DNA of 64,000 bases, taken from the NCBI GenBank assembly GCA_937921035.1, contig CALEUL010000025.1:8444-72443 (forward strand), read 5' to 3'. A program made the position numbers and the translations under genes. This stretch comes from an uncultured Porphyromonadaceae bacterium. Its GTDB lineage: Bacteria > Bacteroidota > Bacteroidia > Bacteroidales > Muribaculaceae. Below are positions 49,262 to 59,178 of this stretch, piece after piece (within the stretch, counting starts at the first letter, position 1; every line of letters starts with the position of its first letter). The notes beneath the pieces are model-generated. The model ran no database searches. It was given only the letters and a program-made list of their open reading frames with translations, and had not been told where the DNA came from.

Positions 49262-52200
49262 ATGAACAAGATACTGTCGCTGTTGACATTGACAGCAGCT
49301 TTTGCAGCCTCGGCACAGACCTCGGCACCCCAGTGGATGCGCGACGCAAAGATTTCGCCCGACGGCAGCCAGATAGCTTTCACATACAAAGGCGATATCT
49401 TCACCGTACCCGTCCAGGGCGGCGAGGCTCACCGCGTAACATCGCAGACAAGCTACGAAGAACATCCGATATGGAGCCCGGACAGCAAAACGATAGCCTT
49501 TGCATCTGACCGCTACGGCAACATGAACATATTCACCGTTCCGGCCGACGGCAAAGGCGAATGGAAACGCATCACATTCACATCCAAGGGCGAGCTTCCC
49601 GAAGCGTTCACCCCCGACGGCAAATCCATTCTGTACTCTGCGGCCATCCAGGACCCTGCCTCGAGCGCACTGTACCCCACGGGGCGCATGACGGAAGTAT
49701 ACTCGGTTCCCGTAACCGGCGGCGCTCCCACACAGCTGTTCGCCACACCGGCACGCGAAATATGCTGGTCGCCCGACGGCAAGAGCTTCCTGTACCAGGA
49801 TGTAAAGGGATTCGAGAACACATGGCGCAAGCACCATACCTCGTCGGTAACACGCAACATTCTGCGCTACACACCGGCAACAGGCAAACACACTCCCGTA
49901 GTTACGAACCCGGGTGAGGACCTCAGCCCCGTTGATGCCGGCGAATATATCTATTTCCTCAGCGAGCGCGCTCCGCAGAAATCGCTGAACGTGTACCGCG
50001 CGCCGGCCTCCAATCCTGCCGACGCCAAAGCCATCACCGACTTCAAAAAACATCCGGTACGCTTCCTCAGCCGTGCCGAAAACGGCACTCTGGCATTCAC
50101 ATACGACGGCGAGCTTTACACTTTGGCCGATACCAAGGGCGCAAAGCCCCGCAAAGTGAAGGTGAGCATCAACGCCGACTTTCCCGACGAGACACGCATG
50201 CTGTCGTCGTCGTCAGGCGCCCGCAATGCCACACCGTCGCCCGACGGCAAGCAGATAGCCTTCACATACCGCGGCGACGTGTATGTAACATCCGTTGAAT
50301 ATCCCACCACAAAACAGATTTCCAACACTCCGGAGTCCGAAGAAAACCTGTGCTGGGGCAACGACTCCACACTCTACTACGCGAGCGAGCGCGACGGCAA
50401 GGCAAATATCTACAAAGCGACCTTCAACAAGTCGCTGGACGAGCCCGACTTCGCCCACGCCACCGTAATAACCGAGGAAGCGGTATTCAAGGCCGACGGC
50501 CACGAACGCAATGTGCCCGAGATGTCGCCCGACGGCAAGAAACTCGGTTTCATTCTCGACCGTAACAAATTGTGCTACATGGATGTTAAGAGCGGCAAGG
50601 TTACACAGCTCACCGACGGTTCCACATACCGCCACCGCAACGGCGGCTTCAACTACTACTGGTCGCCCGATTCCCGGTGGATCGCACTGGAGATTATCGA
50701 CCGCAAGCACGACCCCTACAGCGACATCGCCCTTATCAACGTTGCCGACGGAACTATCACAAACATCACCAACAGCGGCTATTTCGACGCCTCGCCGCGG
50801 TGGATTATGGACGGTAACGCACTTATGTTCGCCTCCGAACGCTACGGCATGCGCAACCACGCCTCCTGGGGCTCGCAGATGGATGTTTTCTTCGTGTTCA
50901 TGAATCAGGAAAGCTACGACCGCTTCCGCATGAGCAAAGAGGAACGCGAAATCTACGATAAAAAGAAGGAGGAACAGAAGAAAGCGGCCAAGAAAGCCGA
51001 AAAGGACGCCAAAGACAGCAAAAAGGACGACAAGAAGAAAGACGACAAAAAGAAGGACGACAAGGAAAAAGAGGAAGTGGAGCCTATCGTTGTCGAACTG
51101 GCCGGTATCTCCGACCGCCAGATGCGCATCACCCCGCTTTCCACGGACCTTATCGACGCCATCGTAGACAAAGACGGAGAGAACCTCTATTTCACCAGCC
51201 AAGCCGACAACGGCGCCTTCATCTGGAAAGTGGACCTCAACAGCAGAGACCTGTCGATGGAACGCCGTTTCAGCGACAGCAGAGCATCTTTCGCCAAATC
51301 GAAAGACGGCAAGATGTTCCTCCTGGGCAGCTCGTTCAATAAATTCGGACCGGCTCTCAAATCCATAAGCTACCGCGCCGAAAAGAAACTCGACCCAGCT
51401 GCCGAACGCCGCTATATCCTCGACTATGTGGAACGCGAGGAAGCCGAACGGTTCTATGTGCCCACCATGCACGGCGTTGACTGGAAGGCGATGGTTGCCG
51501 ACTACCGCAAGTACCTGCCGCACATCAACAACAACTACGATTTCGCCGAAATGCTGAGCGAACTACTCGGCGAGCTCAACGTGAGCCATACCGGCGCGTC
51601 GTACTACGGCGGCTCGGCCACGGCCGCACCGGAAAGCTCGGCTGCGCTGGGCGCGTTATACGACCTCACATACACCGGCAAGGGCGCACGCATCGCCGAA
51701 GTGCTTGCAAAATCGCCTCTCGCCGCAGTGTCTCCCGCCGTAAATCCCGGCGACATTGTACTTAAGATTAACGGACAGGCCGTTACCGACGAAATGCCCG
51801 TAGACCGGCTGCTGTCCAACCTTGCCGGCAAGCGCACTCTGGTTACAGTACAGGCAGCGGACAAGAGCACACGCGATATTGTGCTGAAACCGATCAGTGC
51901 GGGACGCCAGAACTCGCTTCTGTACGACAGATGGGTTAAGCAGCGCGCACACGATGTTGACAGCCTTTCCAACGGGCGCCTCGGCTATGTACATATCAGC
52001 TCGATGGACGACGATTCGTTCCGCAAAGTATATTCCGACCTTCTGGGCAAGTATAACGACCGCGAAGGCGTGGTTATCGACATCCGCTGGAACGGGGGCG
52101 GACGCCTCCACGAGGATATCGAGGTACTTCTCAGCGGCAGCAAATATTTCACCCAGGAAATCCGCGGCGAGGAAACCTGCGACATGCCTTCGCGCCGCTG

Positions 52201-52537
52201 GAACAAACCGTCGATCATGCTCATGGCCGAACCCTGCTACTCCAACGCCCACGGCACACCCTGGGTATATAAGAACCGCGGCCTCGGCAAGCTTGTGGGC
52301 ATGCCCGTTCCCGGAACAATGACCTCGGTGAACTGGGTTACCACACAGGACCCCTCCATCGTATTCGGTATTCCCGTGATAGGCTACCGACTGCCCGACG
52401 GCTCCTTCCTGGAGAACCAGCAGCTGGAGCCCGACATCAAAGTAGCCAACGATCCCGAAATGATCGTTACCGGCGTAGACCAGCAGCTTAAAGCCGCAGT
52501 AGACGAACTTCTAAAAGAAATCGACAGCAAAAAATAG
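49262..52537 (+). CDS. Tricorn-like S41 protease
   Basis: Signal peptide, SPDG propeller repeats, PDZ region, DIRWNGGG, YSNAH. Confidence 0.93.
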   Translation: MNKILSLLTLTAAFAASAQTSAPQWMRDAKISPDGSQIAFTYKGDIFTVPVQGGEAHRVTSQTSYEEHPIWSPDSKTIAFASDRYGNMNIFTVPADGKGEWKRITFTSKGELPEAFTPDGKSILYSAAIQDPASSALYPTGRMTEVYSVPVTGGAPTQLFATPAREICWSPDGKSFLYQDVKGFENTWRKHHTSSVTRNILRYTPATGKHTPVVTNPGEDLSPVDAGEYIYFLSERAPQKSLNVYRAPASNPADAKAITDFKKHPVRFLSRAENGTLAFTYDGELYTLADTKGAKPRKVKVSINADFPDETRMLSSSSGARNATPSPDGKQIAFTYRGDVYVTSVEYPTTKQISNTPESEENLCWGNDSTLYYASERDGKANIYKATFNKSLDEPDFAHATVITEEAVFKADGHERNVPEMSPDGKKLGFILDRNKLCYMDVKSGKVTQLTDGSTYRHRNGGFNYYWSPDSRWIALEIIDRKHDPYSDIALINVADGTITNITNSGYFDASPRWIMDGNALMFASERYGMRNHASWGSQMDVFFVFMNQESYDRFRMSKEEREIYDKKKEEQKKAAKKAEKDAKDSKKDDKKKDDKKKDDKEKEEVEPIVVELAGISDRQMRITPLSTDLIDAIVDKDGENLYFTSQADNGAFIWKVDLNSRDLSMERRFSDSRASFAKSKDGKMFLLGSSFNKFGPALKSISYRAEKKLDPAAERRYILDYVEREEAERFYVPTMHGVDWKAMVADYRKYLPHINNNYDFAEMLSELLGELNVSHTGASYYGGSATAAPESSAALGALYDLTYTGKGARIAEVLAKSPLAAVSPAVNPGDIVLKINGQAVTDEMPVDRLLSNLAGKRTLVTVQAADKSTRDIVLKPISAGRQNSLLYDRWVKQRAHDVDSLSNGRLGYVHISSMDDDSFRKVYSDLLGKYNDREGVVIDIRWNGGGRLHEDIEVLLSGSKYFTQEIRGEETCDMPSRRWNKPSIMLMAEPCYSNAHGTPWVYKNRGLGKLVGMPVPGTMTSVNWVTTQDPSIVFGIPVIGYRLPDGSFLENQQLEPDIKVANDPEMIVTGVDQQLKAAVDELLKEIDSKK

Positions 52538-52546
52538 ACCGACACC

Positions 52547-53386
52547 ATGAACATCATCGCCGAAAGTAGTACCACACGCACCGAATGGGCACTGGTAGAC
52601 GGGAAGGAAATAGTGGAACATGCCTTCACCAAGGGCCTGAATCCGTTCTTTCAGTCGCGGCGCGAGATTTCCCATACAGTAAGGCTCGAGCTACCGGAAG
52701 CCTTCTTCCGGCGCCGCTGGAACCACGTATACTTCTACGGCGCCGGCTGCGCCAACAAAGAGAAGTGCAAGATAATGGAATCGTCGCTTGTTGCGCAATT
52801 CAAGACGCCAGTAACCGTAGAGAGCGACCTACTCGGCGCCGCCCGCGGGCTGCTTGTGCGCCAGACCGGACTTGCCTGCATTATCGGCACGGGCTCCAAC
52901 TCGTGCCTGTACAATGGCCATGAGATAGTGAAGAATGTTGCCTCGCTGGGCTTTGTGCTCGGCGACGAGGGCTCCGGCGCCTACATGGGCAAACTGTTCA
53001 TCGCCGACATGCTCAAGGGCATAGCCCCCAAGGACCTGTCGCAGGCGTTCTGCGAAAAGTTCATGGTAACGCCCAACATCCTGATGGACGACGTCTACAC
53101 GCGCCCTATGGCGGGCCGCACCCTGTCGCACTACTCCACCTTCCTGGCCGAACATCTGGATAACGCCTATGTCTACCGGTTGGTATACAACTCGTTCATG
53201 AGTTTCTTCGAACGCAACATCGCAGCCTACGACTACAAGCAGCAGCCAGTGTCGTTCGTCGGCTCTACAAGTGTTGTTTTCGAGGACGTGCTTCGCCGCG
53301 CGGCCGCCGACTTCGGAATAAGCATAAACAAAATCATACGGTATTCCATGCCTGGCCTTGTAGAATTCCACTCCACCGAGGAGTAA
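52547..53386 (+). CDS. BadF/BadG-type (GlcNAc kinase-like) ASKHA ATPase
   Basis: GLNPFF, FYGAGC, SDLLGAA, IGTGSNS, GDEGSG. Confidence 0.85.
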   Translation: MNIIAESSTTRTEWALVDGKEIVEHAFTKGLNPFFQSRREISHTVRLELPEAFFRRRWNHVYFYGAGCANKEKCKIMESSLVAQFKTPVTVESDLLGAARGLLVRQTGLACIIGTGSNSCLYNGHEIVKNVASLGFVLGDEGSGAYMGKLFIADMLKGIAPKDLSQAFCEKFMVTPNILMDDVYTRPMAGRTLSHYSTFLAEHLDNAYVYRLVYNSFMSFFERNIAAYDYKQQPVSFVGSTSVVFEDVLRRAAADFGISINKIIRYSMPGLVEFHSTEE

Positions 53387-53502
53387 CGTATTGCCGAAGG
53401 TAGCAATTTTGTCCATTGGACAGGACATTTTTCAGACATTACGCACCAATATCGTGAATTTGCACGATTAGGAACTATTTTTGGTCAAATTTCACCTCTT
53501 TT

Positions 53503-53547
53503 AAAATGCCGCATGCTTGTGCATGTGGCATTTTTGTTTTAATTTTG
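53503..53547 (+). promoter_or_regulatory. Hairpin followed by the gal operon -7 element TAATTTTG
   Basis: AAAATGCCGCATGC/GCATGTGGCATTTT; TAATTTTG at 53540-53547. Confidence 0.6.
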
Positions 53548-53631
53548 AAGCAGATAAACAACCTTCCCCAAAGATTCATTATCAATAACAATCAATAATA
53601 TTCATAACTAAAATAAATTCACCGAAACCCC

Positions 53632-54780
53632 ATGAAACTTCAGGAAAAAATCGACAAAACCTTCGAAGAGCGCTTCGGAGGCCACGGAACAGTTTATGCA
53701 TCAGCAGGCCGCATCAATCTTATCGGCGAACATACCGACTATAACGGCGGATTTGTATTCCCCGGCGCAATCGACAAGGTAATCATGGCCGAAATCCGCG
53801 CCAACGATACCGAAACCGTTCGTGTATACTCTATCGACATCGACGACTATGCAGAATTCGGCCTTAACGAAGCCGACGCCCCCGAGGCATCGTGGGCACG
53901 CTATATATTCGGTGTCTGCCGCGAAACAATCAAGCGCGGCGGCAAAGTTGAAGGCTTCGACGCCGTATTCGCCGGCAACGTGCCCCTTGGTGCAGGCCTC
54001 AGCTCCTCGGCAGCCCTGGAATCGTGCTTCGCCTACGCACTCAACGACATGTTCAACGGCAACAACATCGATAAGTTTGAGCTCGCACGCATCGGCCAGT
54101 CCACCGAACACAACTACTGCGGTGTGAACTGCGGCATCATGGACCAGTTTGCCAGCGTATTCGGCAAAAAAGACCATCTGATGCGTCTTGACTGCCGCTC
54201 GATGGAATTCGAATACTTCCCCTTCAAGGCCGACGGCTACACCCTTGTTCTCGTCGACTCCGTCGTTAAGCACGAACTTGCCGACTCGCCCTACAACAAA
54301 CGCCGCGCCAGCTGCGAGCGCGTTGCAAAACGCCTGGGCATCGAAACACTTCGCGACGCCGACATGGCCATGCTCGAAGCCATAAAGAGCGACATCACCG
54401 CAGAGGATTACTTCCGCGCAAAATTCGTCATAGAGGAAAAAGACCGCGTTCTCGCTGTATGTGACGCCCTCAACAAAGGCGATTTCGAAACCGTAGGCCG
54501 CTGTATGTACGAAACACACCACGGACTGTCGAAGGACTATGAAGTAAGCTGCGAGGAACTCGACTTCCTCAACGACATCGCAAAAGAATGCGGCGTAACT
54601 GGCTCGCGCATCATGGGCGGCGGCTTCGGCGGCTGCACCATCAACCTTGTAAAGGACGAACTACTTCCTCACTTCCTCGACGAAGCCAAGGCCCGCTTCA
54701 ACAAAGCATACGGCCACGAGCCCAAAATCTACGAAGTTATCATCAGCGACGGCGCCCGCAAGATCGCCGACGCCCAATAA
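53632..54780 (+). CDS. galK: Galactokinase
   Basis: GRINLIGEHTDYNGG, PLGAGLSSSAA, GGGFGGC. Confidence 0.97.
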   Translation: MKLQEKIDKTFEERFGGHGTVYASAGRINLIGEHTDYNGGFVFPGAIDKVIMAEIRANDTETVRVYSIDIDDYAEFGLNEADAPEASWARYIFGVCRETIKRGGKVEGFDAVFAGNVPLGAGLSSSAALESCFAYALNDMFNGNNIDKFELARIGQSTEHNYCGVNCGIMDQFASVFGKKDHLMRLDCRSMEFEYFPFKADGYTLVLVDSVVKHELADSPYNKRRASCERVAKRLGIETLRDADMAMLEAIKSDITAEDYFRAKFVIEEKDRVLAVCDALNKGDFETVGRCMYETHHGLSKDYEVSCEELDFLNDIAKECGVTGSRIMGGGFGGCTINLVKDELLPHFLDEAKARFNKAYGHEPKIYEVIISDGARKIADAQ

Positions 54781-54795
54781 ATACAATATATTCTT

Positions 54796-55827
54796 ATGTC
54801 CCAGTACAAAGATACAGTACTTGTAAGCGGCGGCGCCGGATATATCGGCACGCACACCACAGTAGCCCTTATCGAAGCCGGCTATGACGTGGTAATGATC
54901 GACAATTTCTCCAACTCGGAACCCTCGGCTATCGAAGGCGTAGAAAAGATTGTAGGCCGCAAGGTTACATTCGAAGAAGTTGACACCTGCGACATCAACG
55001 CGCTCCGCGGTGTTTTCCAGCGCCACGAATTCAGCACTGTAATACATTTCGCCGCATACAAAGCAGTTGGCGAATCCATGAGCGAACCGCTTAAATATTA
55101 CCAGAACAACCTGGTTTCGTATATGAATATCCTCCAGCTGATGAAGGAATTCAAGCGCCCCAACGTTCTGTTCTCGTCGTCGGCAACCGTATATGGCGAC
55201 GCCGAAGTTCTGCCCGTTACCGAACAGACACCACGTCAGCCCGCGACATCGCCCTACGGCAACACAAAACAGATTGCCGAAGACATCCTTCACGACTGCT
55301 GCCGCGCCTACGAGGGCTTCTACGGCATCGCCCTGCGCTACTTCAACCCCATCGGCGCACATCCCAGCGCACTGATAGGCGAACTTCCGCGCGGTGTGCC
55401 CAACAACCTTGTGCCTTTCATCACCCAGACAGCCGCCGGCATCCGCGAATGCCTGTCCGTATTCGGCAACGACTACAACACCCCTGACGGCACCTGCCTA
55501 CGCGACTACATCGACGTTGTCGACCTTGCCAAGGCCCACGTGGCAGCCGTAAACCGTATGGTAGACGGCAAGATGAAAGAAAAATACGAAATCTTCAACA
55601 TCGGTACCGGTACGCCTCTGTCGGTTCTCGAACTGGTAACACGCTTCGAGAATGCCAACGGTCTTAAACTGAACTACAAGATCGTAGGCCGCCGCGACGG
55701 CGACGTTCCCGCCGTATGGGCCGACACAGCACTCGCAAACGAAGAACTCGGCTGGAAAGCAGAACGCGATATCAACGACACCCTGCGCGCCGCATGGGCG
55801 TGGGAAAAACATGTGCGCAACCTCTAA
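54796..55827 (+). CDS. galE: UDP-glucose 4-epimerase
   Basis: GGAGYIG, KAVGES, YGNTK, LRYFNP. Confidence 0.97.
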   Translation: MSQYKDTVLVSGGAGYIGTHTTVALIEAGYDVVMIDNFSNSEPSAIEGVEKIVGRKVTFEEVDTCDINALRGVFQRHEFSTVIHFAAYKAVGESMSEPLKYYQNNLVSYMNILQLMKEFKRPNVLFSSSATVYGDAEVLPVTEQTPRQPATSPYGNTKQIAEDILHDCCRAYEGFYGIALRYFNPIGAHPSALIGELPRGVPNNLVPFITQTAAGIRECLSVFGNDYNTPDGTCLRDYIDVVDLAKAHVAAVNRMVDGKMKEKYEIFNIGTGTPLSVLELVTRFENANGLKLNYKIVGRRDGDVPAVWADTALANEELGWKAERDINDTLRAAWAWEKHVRNL

Positions 55828-56870
55828 TGATAACACGTACCACCGCGCCCTCCCCGAAGGGCGACATAACACTCCTTACCATCACCAACGCTTCCGGCGC
55901 CTCGGTAACCCTGTCGGCGCTGGGGGCCGGAGTGGTGGCTGTTAACGTTCCCGACCGCAACGGCAAACTCGACGATGTTGTACTCGGCTATGCCGACGCC
56001 GCCGATTACATCGCCGACGGCCCCTGCGCAGGCAAAGTACCTGGCCGCTACGCCAACCGTATCGCCAACGGCAAGGTTACGATAGCAGGCAAGGAATACA
56101 GCCTGCCCGTTAACAACGGTCCCAACCATCTGCACGGCGGCCCCGAAGGCTTCCAGAACCAGCTCTGGGAAGTGGAAAGCACCAACGGGAACACAGTTGT
56201 TTTCCGCCACGTATCGCCCGACGGCGACGCCGGCTACCCCGGCGAGCTCACAGCCAAAGCCACCTACACATGGAGCGACGACAATGTGCTGTACCTCACA
56301 CTTGAAGCCACTACGACCGCCACAACCATCGTGAACCTTACAAACCACGCGTACTGGAACCTCGCCGGCCATAACAGCGGCAGCGTGCTATCGCACAAGC
56401 TGCGCCTGAACGCTTCCAAGTATCTGCCCACCGACTCCACCCTTATCCCCGAAGGAGTGGAGGTATCTGTGGCAGGCTGCCCGATGGACTTTACCACGGA
56501 AAAGGAACTGGGTCGCGACATAAAAGTGCCCTTCCCCGCCCTAACCTTCGGTAAAGGCTACGACAACTGCTGGGTAATAGACAATTACACACCTGGCGTA
56601 CTCGCCACAGCCGCAGTTCTCTCCGACGATGCTACCGGCCGCGTGCTCGAAGTGGAAACCGACCAGCCCGGCGTACAGGTATACACAGGCAACTGGCTTG
56701 CCGGAAGCCCGCTGAACAAGGAGGGCCGAAGCTACAACGACTACGACGGCGTAGCCATCGAGTGCCAGGACTTCCCCAACTCGCCCAACACGCCCGCGTT
56801 CCCCAATACGGTCCTCAATCCCGGCGAGCACTATATCCGCCATATAAACTTTAAATTCATAGCCAAATGA
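55827..56870 (+). CDS. galM: Aldose 1-epimerase
   Basis: GRYANRI, NHLHGG, NLTNHAYWNL; TAATG coupling to galE. Confidence 0.95.
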   Translation: MITRTTAPSPKGDITLLTITNASGASVTLSALGAGVVAVNVPDRNGKLDDVVLGYADAADYIADGPCAGKVPGRYANRIANGKVTIAGKEYSLPVNNGPNHLHGGPEGFQNQLWEVESTNGNTVVFRHVSPDGDAGYPGELTAKATYTWSDDNVLYLTLEATTTATTIVNLTNHAYWNLAGHNSGSVLSHKLRLNASKYLPTDSTLIPEGVEVSVAGCPMDFTTEKELGRDIKVPFPALTFGKGYDNCWVIDNYTPGVLATAAVLSDDATGRVLEVETDQPGVQVYTGNWLAGSPLNKEGRSYNDYDGVAIECQDFPNSPNTPAFPNTVLNPGEHYIRHINFKFIAK

Positions 56871-57772
56871 AACCTACATTATTCATCCTTGCCGCCGGTA
56901 TGGGCAGCCGCTACGGCGGTCTGAAACAGCTCGACGGCCTCGGCCCCAACGGCGAGACGATTATGGACTACTCCGTTTTCGACGCTCTCCGGGCCGGCTT
57001 CGGCAAAATCGTTTTTGTTATCCGCAAAGATTTCGAACAGGAATTCCGCGAGAAAGTAATTTCCAAATACGAGGACAAAGTGCCTGTGGAAGTCGTATTC
57101 CAGGCTGTAACCACCCTTCCCGAAGGCTTCAGCTGCCCCGAGGAGCGCACAAAACCCTGGGGTACAAGCCACGCAGTACTCATGGGCAAGGACGCCATCA
57201 AGGAGCCTTTTGCCGTTATCAACGCCGATGACTTCTATGGCCGCGACAGCTTCGCCGTGCTTGCAAAAGACCTCATGCGTCCTCGCGACCGCAAGGGCGA
57301 CTACTCGATGGTTGGCTTCCGCGTAGGCAACACCATGACCGAGAACGGCACCGTCTCGCGCGGCATCTGCAAGACTTCCGACGGCAAGCTCACCGCCGTT
57401 GAGGAACGCACCGACATCCGCTACGACGAAAACCACAACATTGTTACCAACAACGCCGAGGGTGTACTGGAGACACTCGAACCCAATACCCCGGTTTCCA
57501 TGAACATGTGGGGCTTCACACCCGACTATTTCGAAATCAGCGAAAACCGTTTCATCGACTTCCTCAACAAGAATCTGAACGTACCCAAGGCAGAATTCCC
57601 CATTCCGCCGTGCATCGAGCCACTCGTTCAGAACGGCGAGGTTACCGTAAAGGTTCTCGACACCGACTCCCGCTGGTTTGGCGTAACATACAGCGCCGAC
57701 CGTCCCGGTGTTGTTGAGAAATTCGCAGAACTCCACCGCAACGGCGAATATCCCACTCCGCTTTTCGGATAA
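56867..57772 (+). CDS. Sugar-1-phosphate nucleotidyltransferase
   Basis: LAAGMGSRYGGLKQ, KPWGT, VINADDFYG; ATGA coupling to galM. Confidence 0.9.
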   Translation: MKPTLFILAAGMGSRYGGLKQLDGLGPNGETIMDYSVFDALRAGFGKIVFVIRKDFEQEFREKVISKYEDKVPVEVVFQAVTTLPEGFSCPEERTKPWGTSHAVLMGKDAIKEPFAVINADDFYGRDSFAVLAKDLMRPRDRKGDYSMVGFRVGNTMTENGTVSRGICKTSDGKLTAVEERTDIRYDENHNIVTNNAEGVLETLEPNTPVSMNMWGFTPDYFEISENRFIDFLNKNLNVPKAEFPIPPCIEPLVQNGEVTVKVLDTDSRWFGVTYSADRPGVVEKFAELHRNGEYPTPLFG

Positions 57773-57841
57773 GGAATTGCACGCGGACAGACTGTATGTG
57801 CAGCCACCTCCGGGGCTGTATATCTGGTCTTTGACTACCCC

Positions 57842-58010
57842 GGACAGCAAGTGTCCGGGGTTAATTATATTTATGGCCTCCGGCCATTTGCCAATGTGCA
57901 AGAAAATGACCGGCGGATATTACAGGCTGTACTTCCAAGGACAGCAAGTGTCCGGGGTTAACTATATTTATGGCCTCCGGCCATTTGCCAATGTGCAAGA
58001 AAAAGACCGG
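57842..58010. repeat. Two 72-bp direct repeats, period 97 bp
   Basis: 57842-57913 and 57939-58010 differ at 2 positions. Confidence 0.92.
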
Positions 58011-58056
58011 TAGCTATTTCAGTCTTTGAATATATCAGTATTTAATTCTGATTTTA

Positions 58057-59049
58057 TCAGTCCCAGACGGTGGATTTAATGGCGAAGCGCGGACGGTGTT
58101 TTGTTTCCACGAATATTTTGCCTATGTATTCACCCACGATACCTATCGACATCATGATAACGCTGCCAAGTCCCCATACCGACAGCATAATCGACGCCCA
58201 GCCCGCATTTGTGTTGCCACGCACAAAATATGCCACAAGCACATACACGGTAACAATCAACGTAGCCACAAAGCATATGAGACCGATATAGAAAATCCAG
58301 CGCATTGGCTTGGCCGAGAAAGACGTTATACCATCTATCGACAGCGCCAGCATCTTGGAAAGCGGATATTTCGATTCGCCGGCGCAGCGTGGCGTGCGGT
58401 CGTATTTCACCACCGACGTATCCAGGCCCAGCTGAGGCACGATGCCGCGAAGGAAAATGTTGGATTCGCCGTAATCGGCAAGCAAACGCAGCGCACGGTT
58501 GCTCATAAGGCGGTAATCGGCGTGATCGTACACCGTCTCGAGGCCCATAGCTTTCTGGAACGAATAGAAAGCATGCGCGGTCGTGCGTTTGAACATCGTA
58601 TCCGAGCTGCGCGAGGCGCGCACACCGAAAACAATCTCCTTGCCCTTGCGGAAATCGCGCACCATATCCACCATGCACCAGGGATCGTCCTGCAGGTCGG
58701 CGTCTATGGAGATAGCGGCGTCGCAGCGATCCAGCACACTCATAAGCCCGGCCAACAGAGCATACTGGTGGCCACGGTTATGCGCCAATGCCACGCCCTT
58801 TATCCGTTTGTCGGCGACATGGAGGCTCTCTATCAGCGCCCATGTGCCGTCGCGGCTGCCGTCGTCCACACACAGCACATAGCTGCGGGGCGACGCAAGA
58901 CCGTCGGCAGCCATCCTGTCCAAAACCTGCAACAGCACAGGCGCCGACAGCGGCAACGCCTCCACCTCGTTGTAGCATGGGACAACAATAGCGATAACGG
59001 GCAATTCGCCGTCGGCATAATGGGTGTCGGTATCGGATATTTTTTCCAT
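58057..59049 (-). CDS. GT2 glycosyltransferase (GtrB/YkoT-like)
   Basis: VPCYNE, DDGSRD, DADLQD, two C-terminal TM helices. Confidence 0.93.
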   Translation of the reverse strand: MEKISDTDTHYADGELPVIAIVVPCYNEVEALPLSAPVLLQVLDRMAADGLASPRSYVLCVDDGSRDGTWALIESLHVADKRIKGVALAHNRGHQYALLAGLMSVLDRCDAAISIDADLQDDPWCMVDMVRDFRKGKEIVFGVRASRSSDTMFKRTTAHAFYSFQKAMGLETVYDHADYRLMSNRALRLLADYGESNIFLRGIVPQLGLDTSVVKYDRTPRCAGESKYPLSKMLALSIDGITSFSAKPMRWIFYIGLICFVATLIVTVYVLVAYFVRGNTNAGWASIMLSVWGLGSVIMMSIGIVGEYIGKIFVETKHRPRFAIKSTVWD

Positions 59050-59074
59050 AAGGCAGGTATTTTGTGCAAAGGTA

Positions 59075-59106
59075 TAAAAAAACGGCGGGACTCCACATCC
59101 CGCCGT
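59075..59106 (-). terminator. Terminator of the BspA-like gene
   Basis: ACGGCGGGA/TCCCGCCGT stem with U run; the GT2 promoter TACCTTTG (59067-59074) abuts it. Confidence 0.8.
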
Positions 59107-59178
59107 CCAAAATTGTAATCCTCTATATTGCCTTGTTGCTTATATTATTCGGTACCTACATAAAAGTGACGTACCATC

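Noticed and set aside
50960..51075. KKDD low-complexity repeat in tricorn
   Set aside because: In-frame charged linker typical of this family.
57842..58010. Possible mini-CRISPR or type III antitoxin array
   Set aside because: Only two units, repeat longer than spacer, and no cas or toxin gene nearby.
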